A DNA stretch of 64,000 bases, taken from contig NZ_CABHOU010000103.1 in the NCBI RefSeq assembly GCF_902168175.1, positions 545 to 64,544 on the forward strand. Direction: 5' to 3'. The notes beneath the pieces are model-generated. The model saw only the letters and a program-made list of their open reading frames with translations, did no database searches and had not been told where the DNA came from. Source of the stretch: an uncultured Chitinophaga sp. (GTDB taxonomy: Bacteria > Bacteroidota > Bacteroidia > Chitinophagales > Chitinophagaceae). Each line of letters opens with the position of its first letter. Within the stretch, counting starts at the first letter, position 1. The translations under genes were made by a program, and so were the position numbers. Positions 57,801-64,000 of the stretch are shown one piece after another.

Positions 57801-58307
57801 ATCGGTTACGGTGCCACGGGATGTACCGGGAATCGAAATGGTAACGCCGGGTAATGGCGCACCTTTGGTGTCCATCACCTGACCCTTTACAGCACGGCTT
57901 TGTGTAACTGTTGCTGGCTGTTGGGGTGGGGCAGACTGTGTTGGTGCCGCGTCTTTTTTGTCGAGTACAATGCGGTTGCTTTTTACGTCAAAACGGAGGT
58001 CTTTGCCTTTTAATACGAAAGTAAGCACCTCTTCAAGTTTGGCTTTCTTAAAGTTGACGTCTACTTTTTCGGCATCGTTTAACAGTTGGTTACTGTACAC
58101 CAGGGTAAGCCCTGTTTGTTTTTTAATGGCCTGGAAAACTTCCAGGAGAGAAATGTTTTTGCCCGAGATGGAAACGGGTAGCTGCAAGGTTGGCGTATTT
58201 ACTTGTGCCTGGGCCGATTGGAAGAGCATCGGTAGCAGGCAGCCGATCAGCAGGACATAAAGCGCCCTTCGCATAGCCGGCTGGCAATGGCGTACACATT
58301 TTCGCAT
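54870..58307 (-). CDS. SusC-family TonB-dependent transporter with STN domain
   Basis: STN-like N-terminus, [43 protein letters not shown], C-terminal Phe. Confidence 0.95.
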   Translation of the reverse strand: [1145 protein letters not shown]

Positions 58308-58376
58308 GATGGAATATTATTTAAGACTTTTTACGATAACAGCAGCATTTGTTGGTTGATAATGCCTTTCAACATA

Positions 58377-58404
58377 ACTACAACGCAAGAAATGGAATGG
58401 GTGA
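58377..58404 (-). promoter_or_regulatory. Putative ECF-sigma promoter of susC (TCACCC-N14-GTTGTAGT)
   Basis: Same hexamer/octamer and identical 14-nt spacing as the element upstream of fecR (59589-59616). Confidence 0.6.
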
Positions 58405-58456
58405 CGGGTATTAAAAAAAATATTTTACCCAATAAAAAAGTATGGATGAAGATCAG

Positions 58457-59578
58457 TTACTGGAGATATATCTCGTTGTTTTCGAAGCGGTAAGAAATGC
58501 TGGCCGTGGTTTTCAGATCGGCTAAAAACTCTTTTAGTTTGTCGCGCTCCATGAGTCCCGTTACTGTAATGTGCGAAAATTTAGCTTTGTCTACATGAAA
58601 GCTGGCTCCATAAAACCGCCCTGCAACATCTGCCAGTTCAGGCAGCGACATACGGTGATAATAATAGATACCTTTCATCCATGACAGTACTTCATCTTCA
58701 TCGAAGGCGGTGGAGCTAAACCCTTTTGCTGCCGTAAAGCCAGCTTGCATACCGGGCGTCAGCTTTAGTTGCTGGCCGCCCGCATTTTTCGTTATTACAC
58801 TGCCATTTATCAGCGCCGTATTAACAGTGCCGCTTTCGTAGGTATTAATGTTAAAGGAGGTGCCCAATACCTGTACTTCAGTAAGCGGGGTACGGACTAT
58901 AAAAGGCTGCGAGGCATTTTGCGCCACTTTGAAAAAGGCTTCTCCAGATACGGTTACCTGCCTGTTCCCTTTGCCAAAATGGAAAGGGAAAGAGAGGGTG
59001 GAGGCGGCGTTGAGCCATACCTCGGTGCCATCGCTCAGCACCAGGTGATAGTTTTCGCCTGCCGGTACCTGTAAGGTATTAACAGTGGTGTCTTCAGAGG
59101 TGTAGGCCAGGGTATTATTTCCTGTATTTAAAGTAGCATTATTCAGGGGGATGGCCGCACTATCGTTCAGTGTGATCGTTTGTCCGTTCGCCAGTTTCAG
59201 TTCTACCGGCTGTTTAGTTACCCTGATACCGGCAAGTGTACCCGCATTTTTAGGTGCTGGTTTCAGCAGGAAATACGCGCCAGAGGCCAGAAGCAGTAAT
59301 ACAGCAGCGGCCGGCAGTGCGCGTTTAAGGGTGAATGTCTTTTTAGGTGCGGGCTGCAGTTGGGCTCTTACTTTAGCCAGCGCCTCACCAGTATCGATGT
59401 TGGCGGCAAACGTGCCGGCCTTCATCGCCAGTGCGTCCTGTTCCAGTTTTTCCCAGGCAGCTTTAAATGCCAGGTCGGTAGCCAGCTTCTTTTCTATATG
59501 GGCCTCTTCGCTGGCAGACAACTGCCCGCCAAGCTTTTCTATAAATAATTGAAATATGTCGTCGTTCAGTGGTTCCAT
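58457..59578 (-). CDS. FecR-family anti-sigma factor
   Basis: TM helix, VPAGENYHLVLSDGTEVWLNAASTLSFP, GEAFFKV, VLGTSFNINTY, SWMKG. Confidence 0.95.
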   Translation of the reverse strand: MEPLNDDIFQLFIEKLGGQLSASEEAHIEKKLATDLAFKAAWEKLEQDALAMKAGTFAANIDTGEALAKVRAQLQPAPKKTFTLKRALPAAAVLLLLASGAYFLLKPAPKNAGTLAGIRVTKQPVELKLANGQTITLNDSAAIPLNNATLNTGNNTLAYTSEDTTVNTLQVPAGENYHLVLSDGTEVWLNAASTLSFPFHFGKGNRQVTVSGEAFFKVAQNASQPFIVRTPLTEVQVLGTSFNINTYESGTVNTALINGSVITKNAGGQQLKLTPGMQAGFTAAKGFSSTAFDEDEVLSWMKGIYYYHRMSLPELADVAGRFYGASFHVDKAKFSHITVTGLMERDKLKEFLADLKTTASISYRFENNEIYLQ

Positions 59579-59588
59579 TTGTAACTAT

Positions 59589-59616
59589 ACTACAACTTTT
59601 TGTAGTGATCGGGTTA
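59589..59616 (-). promoter_or_regulatory. Putative ECF-sigma promoter of fecR (TAACCC-N14-GTTGTAGT)
   Basis: Matches the susC-upstream element in sequence and spacing; overlaps the sigma gene stop codon. Confidence 0.55.
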
Positions 59617-60162
59617 ATGTTGCCGGTTATTTTTCATGTTTTGCCGGAGCAATTTCAGGCCCCGCTTGAGGTGCGTCTTAAAAGAATTAACGCTGATACC
59701 CATCTCGTCCGCCGCCTCCTTGTAGCGTTTACCCTGTACATATACCATCTGCACCGCCATCTTTTTCTGTCCGGCCATATCGTTAAGCGTGTGCCTTATC
59801 TGACCATAGTAATCAGGATCGGCTTCGCCGGTAGCAGCGGCTTGCTCGGTTTCCTGGGTTTGCGACCAGGCAGCCTCCTTGTCCAGCAGCAGTTTTTGCT
59901 TTTTGAGGTGGTTAAGGCAGCGGTTTTTCACAGCCATGTGTAAATAACCTTTTATCTCCCCGTTAAACTGGAAATACAGCTGCTTGTCCCATATATCTAT
60001 AAAAAAAGACTGCACCAGGTCCTGCGCTTCCTCTTCGTTCTGCAGGAACCAAAAGGCATTGAGGCACAATAGTTTGTAATATTTCAGGAATAGCGCATCA
60101 TACGCCGTAAGGTCGCCGGTTTTGAGCCGCTGGATCAGGTCCGTGTCCTCGTATTGATGCAT
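59614..60162 (-). CDS. ECF RNA polymerase sigma-70 factor
   Basis: AYDALFLKYYKLL, EAQDLVQSFF..IW, YLHMAVKNRCLNHLK, YKEAADEMGISVNSFKTHLKRGLKLLR. Confidence 0.93.
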   Translation of the reverse strand: MHQYEDTDLIQRLKTGDLTAYDALFLKYYKLLCLNAFWFLQNEEEAQDLVQSFFIDIWDKQLYFQFNGEIKGYLHMAVKNRCLNHLKKQKLLLDKEAAWSQTQETEQAAATGEADPDYYGQIRHTLNDMAGQKKMAVQMVYVQGKRYKEAADEMGISVNSFKTHLKRGLKLLRQNMKNNRQH

Positions 60163-60267
60163 TTATACAATTAATACCGTCTTTGTGGGCGGTTGATTAC
60201 TGGTTGATTGGTGGAATAGTACCTTCTTCGAACATCCGGTTTCAAGATAGAGAATATTGTTTGAAAT

Positions 60268-60297
60268 AAAAAAGACCGCCAGTTACAGGCGGCCTCT
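60268..60297 (-). terminator. Intrinsic terminator on the minus strand, upstream of the ECF sigma gene
   Basis: Minus strand GGCCGCC-TGTAACT-GGCGGTC followed by TTTTTT. Confidence 0.75.
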
Positions 60298-60400
60298 CTT
60301 CTTTAACCCAAAAAAGCATAGATTATGAGAAGGTACATTATAATAATTTCTATAGGTACAGGCAGGTTTTCAAAAAGATATGGTCAAAATTTGCACGCTG
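60268..60400 (-). ncRNA. Candidate small RNA ending at the 60268 terminator (5' end unknown)
   Basis: No protein gene ends here. The segment before the terminator reads CAUAAUCUAUGCUUUUUUGGGUUAAAG, the reverse complement of a translation-start-like sequence. Confidence 0.35.
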
Positions 60401-60486
60401 AAAAATCTAAATTGACGCGTACATTTCTCTATTAAGTGTTTTAGATTTTGGCTGATAACACATCAAACATTAAACCCCAAAAAAAT

Positions 60487-60988
60487 TCGTTCACAGGTAA
60501 GAGATAAATAGCCCTCTCAAAAAAAGAACAGATGATAAAATGGAATATCGTTCACAGGTATAGAATAAATAGCAACTCTTAAAAGCATAGAATATGGCAG
60601 GCTTGTTTATTAATTGTATACCACCGGCACGGGATATACAACCGGTTTAAACTTGCAGAAAATGTAATTCGGCTTAATCCTGAAAACGGTATCATAGGCA
60701 GCGAAAAAGTAACGTTCCATGTTTAGTTTTTTAATCAGTTTTTAAAAAGTTATTTCCAATAGGTGTTAAAAAGTTAAAATAGGATCGTCACAGGACGTAA
60801 TAAATAGCTTGATCGTTTGCGCTCGTTTTAATGTGCCCCGGGCATTGTATTTGTAAAATGACTCGTTTGTTTTAAAATAAACGGGCGGAACTTTTCTCTT
60901 CGACATCTCCTGTTTTCACTGTTCCTGCCCGTTTATGTACACCACCATGTTTCTCGTACATTCAAATCAGCGGCAAGGGATAAATAGC
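60487..60988. repeat. Dispersed motif TCGT(T)CACAGG-N-ATAAATAGC, three full copies and one partial
   Basis: 60487-60512, 60548-60573, 60785-60808, and partial GATAAATAGC at 60979-60988. Confidence 0.8.
60610..60720 (-). CDS. Small ORF, 36 aa (MERYFFAAYDTVFRIKPNYIFCKFKPVVYPVPVVYN)
   Basis: ATG preceded by an A-rich Bacteroidetes-type initiation region (TTAAAAAACTAAAC-ATG); below the ORF-track length cutoff. Confidence 0.4.
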   Translation of the reverse strand: MERYFFAAYDTVFRIKPNYIFCKFKPVVYPVPVVYN

Positions 60989-61130
60989 CTATCTGTTTGC
61001 TCATGCTTCATTTGTCTTATGACTGTTGAAGGTTTTCTTCTCTCATAACAGCTGTAGGTTCTTCGAAGGATATGGACAAATATTCGTTTCACTGTTTCCC
61101 AATCAGACTTATGCATATAATAATTTCTTT

Positions 61131-61658
61131 TTATCGTGTTGCCAGTTCCTGCGTCCAGAAGTAACTGTAGCGGCCTATGCCTGTTTCAGTAACCTTTGCG
61201 TTCATTAGTGCTTTGCAGTGCGTGGGGCTTTTCAGCCAGCCAGCAATCACCTCCTGTTCAGTAATATTGCCGGCCGCAATGTTTTCGTAGTATGTTTTCC
61301 AGTTGTAACCCAGGGCTTTGATCCTGGCACCCGCATCGCTACCATTTTTGCCGGTGTGGCTGATGTAGTTGCTGTCGCTCATCTCTTTACTGTGTAACCA
61401 GGCTGCTTTCTCTAACCGCTGGCTCCATTTTACCGGTGTTACAGCAGGCATTGTTTCGCTTCCGCAGTTGCAGCCTTTGCTTCGAGCATCATTGATCAGC
61501 GCCAACATCACATCTCTGTTTAATGTATTGGTATAGGAAAAAACAGAATCTTTACCGAGGGCCGAAGCGTTTTCTACGGTTATTTCTGTCAGCGGCTCTT
61601 TTGAACACGAAGCCATCAGGCAGATTATCGGAATTAAGAACGTCAGGCGGAATTTCAT
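61131..61658 (-). CDS. CAP (SCP/PR-1) domain lipoprotein
   Basis: Lipobox ASC, LINDARSKGCNCG, WSQRLEKAAWLHSKEM, HTG..GS, ENIAAG, GWLKSPTHCKALM, YFWTQEL. Confidence 0.92.
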   Translation of the reverse strand: MKFRLTFLIPIICLMASCSKEPLTEITVENASALGKDSVFSYTNTLNRDVMLALINDARSKGCNCGSETMPAVTPVKWSQRLEKAAWLHSKEMSDSNYISHTGKNGSDAGARIKALGYNWKTYYENIAAGNITEQEVIAGWLKSPTHCKALMNAKVTETGIGRYSYFWTQELATR

Positions 61659-61794
61659 TTTTTATTTGGATATGGTCAAAGCCTCGTTTTGGGTAGATGA
61701 TGTTGCGGGCACTTTCCAGGTTACTTCAGTTTTTCATTCACCCCGCTTATCCATCAATCTGAAACAAAGGTATACCCGCCGCAGGCCGTAAAGA

Positions 61795-61897
61795 ATGATG
61801 GCCATCACCAAAAATGATGAGTGTCATCTTCACACGTTCGGTGTATTTACATAGAAATGTAGTGTGGGTAAGGGTTTGGGAAGCTGACGGCCGTCAG
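61795..61897. promoter_or_regulatory. Three Fnr/Crp-like boxes TGAY-N4-RTCA
   Basis: TGAT-GGCC-ATCA (61796-61807), TGAT-GAGT-GTCA (61815-61826) and the perfect palindrome CTGAC-GGCC-GTCAG (61884-61897), in the divergent region upstream of the kinase and REC-Crp genes. Confidence 0.5.
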
Positions 61898-62222
61898 TAC
61901 CTGATTTTGGTTAGAAAAAAAGAGTTGCCTTTATGGGGTTAAATCAGCGAGTAATTGATGAAGAAGATAATTTACTTATCTTTCAATATCATTTAATGGC
62001 AACCGGTGATCATTTTTAGGTGATTTTAACCTGTAACCTCATCCAGGAAGATTCGCGCTAACCAAACCCCGATGTGTTTGTGCCTTATTGCCTCACTCCG
62101 GCGGATTAACGGTTGCTCTAAGTACTTACTATGGCAGGAGGGGAGTTTTCCCGAAAACATCGTACTCCCTCACTGTCGCAATACCGGACCCAAACCTGTT
62201 TTACCATATTTTCGGCTGTTGT

Positions 62223-63383
62223 ATGTATTATTCGAAGATTGATCCTGGCACTGATTTCCACTTGTCTGTTTTTCAGACTGCTATAGAAAAACTTCCGGCA
62301 CTGGTGGCTATCCGCGAATTTCCGGAGGGCACGCTTGTGTTCCTGAACGATAAAGGGGCCGCCATGTTGGGCGTATCCGGTCCGGAAGAGGCGGAAGCGC
62401 TATTGGCAAAAAACGAGATGGGGGCCACCGACGCTTTTGTACCAACGTCCGGCAGCCTGCGGAAATGGGAGAGTGCCAGCGGCGAATTCTTCTATAGCCA
62501 TTACGAGCAGGCGCCGCTTACATTCAATAATAAAGATTACCTGTTGATACGCCTCTCTGCCCCGCTGGCCGACCATGTAAACAAAGACATCGAGCAAATG
62601 GTGCAACAGCGTACGGACAGGCTGCAGCATGCACTGGAGGCGATGCAATCGGCCCGGGACGAGCTGAATGTGAAGCTGGATAAGGAAAAGGACCTGGGTG
62701 AACTGAAATCCCGCTTCGTGTCCATGGCTTCCCACGAGTTCCGCACACCGCTCAGCACTATTCTTTCCTCCGCCTACCTGGCCAAACAGTACAATGCCGA
62801 AGAAGATCAGCATAAAAGAAATAAACATATCGACCGGATTGTTGCCTCAGTGAACTTCCTGACGGATATCCTGAACGACTTCCTCTCGCTGGGTAAAATT
62901 GAAGAAGGCAAAGTGGTGGTACGGCCAGTGCTGTTCGATGTACGGGAGAGTATTAATAAAATGATACAGGAGGCCCAGGGAATTGTAAAACCTAACCAGG
63001 AAATCAGCTATAAACATGAGGGCTGGCCTGATGTAATGCTCGATCCGTCGCTGTTACGGCATATTATACTTAACCTCATCGGTAATGCAGTGAAGTTCAG
63101 TACCAGGGAAAACGCGCAAATACAGGTATTGTCGCACACCGACTCCTATGGCCTTACGCTTAAGGTGCGGGATAATGGTATTGGTATGAGCCCTGAAGAC
63201 CAGGCTCACCTGTTTGAACGCTTCTTCCGGGGCGGCAACGCCGGCAATATCCAGGGTACGGGCCTGGGATTACACATCGTAAGCAAGTACACCGAGTTAA
63301 TGAAGGGCATTATTACCTGTCAAAGCGAATTGGACGTTGGCACGACTTTTACCATCATCTTTCCCCCCGTTACCGAATGTTAA
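62223..63383 (+). CDS. Cytoplasmic sensor histidine kinase (PAS-like N-terminus, coiled coil, HisKA, HATPase)
   Basis: H-box FVSMASHEFRTPLSTI, NLIGNAVKFS, DNGIGM, LFERFFR, GTGLGLHIV; no TM segment. The ATG at 62223 is preferred over the track's 62088 start. Confidence 0.9.
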   Translation: MYYSKIDPGTDFHLSVFQTAIEKLPALVAIREFPEGTLVFLNDKGAAMLGVSGPEEAEALLAKNEMGATDAFVPTSGSLRKWESASGEFFYSHYEQAPLTFNNKDYLLIRLSAPLADHVNKDIEQMVQQRTDRLQHALEAMQSARDELNVKLDKEKDLGELKSRFVSMASHEFRTPLSTILSSAYLAKQYNAEEDQHKRNKHIDRIVASVNFLTDILNDFLSLGKIEEGKVVVRPVLFDVRESINKMIQEAQGIVKPNQEISYKHEGWPDVMLDPSLLRHIILNLIGNAVKFSTRENAQIQVLSHTDSYGLTLKVRDNGIGMSPEDQAHLFERFFRGGNAGNIQGTGLGLHIVSKYTELMKGIITCQSELDVGTTFTIIFPPVTEC

Positions 63384-63417
63384 TCCATGTTATTTTGAAA
63401 CTTTTAACTGAAAATAG

Positions 63418-64000
63418 ATGAAAACGCTGCTACTGATTGAAGACAACGCAGAAATAAGAGAAAATACAGAAGAAATTCTGGAACTGGCGGGTTACAAAGT
63501 ATTGACAGCCCCCGACGGCAAAAAAGGCGTGGAACTGGCGATTAAAAATCATCCCGACCTGGTCATCTGCGATATTATGATGCCTGTATTAGACGGCTAT
63601 GGCGTATTACATATGATGCAGCGTAACGATGAGCTAAAGGGTACACCTTTTATTTTCCTCAGTGCCAAGTCTGAAAGAGGTGACTTTCGCAAAGGCATGG
63701 ATCTCGGGGCGGACGATTACATCACCAAACCGTTTAGCGGCACCGATTTGCTGAATGCGGTAGAAAGCAGGCTGAAAAAGGCGGAGGTCAGAAAGGAAAA
63801 CTTCACGCCGGATATACAGGGTTTGAACAAACTCATGGACGTAGCTGGGGGTAAATCGGCCCTGCAAAACCTGCCCGAGGGCCGCAATACGGAGAAGTAT
63901 AAAAAGAAACAGGTGATTTATTCTGAGGGGAATCGCCCCCAGCGCCTTTATTATGTGCAAAAAGGAAAGGTGAAAACCTATAAAAGAAACGATGATGGTA
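63418..64000 (+). CDS. Response regulator fused to a Crp/Fnr-type cNMP-binding domain, 3'-truncated by the window edge
   Basis: Translated by hand: MKTLLLIEDN...DLVICDIMMP...FIFLSAK...DDYITKPF, then YKKKQVIYSEGNRPQRLYYVQKGKVKTYK. It is missing from the ORF track because no stop falls inside the window. Confidence 0.9.
   Translation, partial: MKTLLLIEDNAEIRENTEEILELAGYKVLTAPDGKKGVELAIKNHPDLVICDIMMPVLDGYGVLHMMQRNDELKGTPFIFLSAKSERGDFRKGMDLGADDYITKPFSGTDLLNAVESRLKKAEVRKENFTPDIQGLNKLMDVAGGKSALQNLPEGRNTEKYKKKQVIYSEGNRPQRLYYVQKGKVKTYKRNDDG

Noticed and set aside
60325-60435. Plus-strand 36-codon ORF (MRRYIIIISIGTGRFSKRYGQNLHAEKSKLTRTFLY) with a good-looking start region
   Set aside because: It sits just downstream of a hairpin whose U-tract is on the opposite strand, so the start-like sequence is better explained as an antisense seed. 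Not excluded without Ribo-seq.
60487-60573. Two 26-bp repeats with a 35-bp spacer have CRISPR-like geometry
   Set aside because: The repeats differ in the middle and are not palindromic, further copies are irregularly spaced, and there is no cas gene in the window. Kept as a non-CRISPR repeat.
62088-62222. N-terminal extensions from TTG/GTG starts in the track (also 5181, 18916-19014, 27862, 40571, 14830)
   Set aside because: Downstream ATGs have better A-rich initiation contexts and give proteins starting at the expected signal peptide or domain boundary.
63634-63960. 108-aa minus-strand ORF in the track
   Set aside because: Antisense to the clear REC-Crp/Fnr gene starting at 63418, which the track omitted.

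Overview
A 64-kb chromosomal segment from a Bacteroidota bacterium. Gene content and style suggest Chitinophagaceae, probably Chitinophaga-like (inference). I found no rRNA, tRNA, transposase, integrase or cas gene. Three SusC/SusD loci dominate. (1) 3.3-13.9 kb: ECF sigma, FecR, SusC, SusD, an M43-fold lipoprotein that has lost all zinc ligands, and two TlpA thiol-disulfide oxidoreductases, with no glycosidase. (2) 20.8-35.7 kb: a split hybrid two-component system PUL with GH2, DUF3823 and GH51. (3) 44.9-60.2 kb: an ECF/FecR PUL with an IPT/NHL lipoprotein, an unassigned beta-helix lipoprotein, GH109, GH89 and a GH123-like enzyme, pointing to an N-acetylhexosamine glycan. Between them lie aqpZ, a methyltransferase, AraC plus DUF983, an orphan MacB-type permease behind a sigma54-like promoter, AKR/oxidoreductase/DUF2071, a CNNM/HlyC protein, and LytS/LytTR with an ABC ATPase and a permease-M1 peptidase fusion. 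The window ends with a CAP lipoprotein, a sensor kinase and a truncated REC-Crp/Fnr regulator. The least explained part is the ~970-bp gap at 60163-61130. It holds three families of reiterated short motifs, a minus-strand terminator preceded by a sequence antisense to a translation-start-like region, and a 36-codon ORF; it is a candidate cluster of regulatory RNAs. Two REP/MITE-like inverted-repeat elements (23.5-23.8 kb and 35.8-35.9 kb), a twice-occurring ECF promoter motif and three Fnr-like boxes were also read directly from the sequence. All family assignments come from motif recognition, not database searches.
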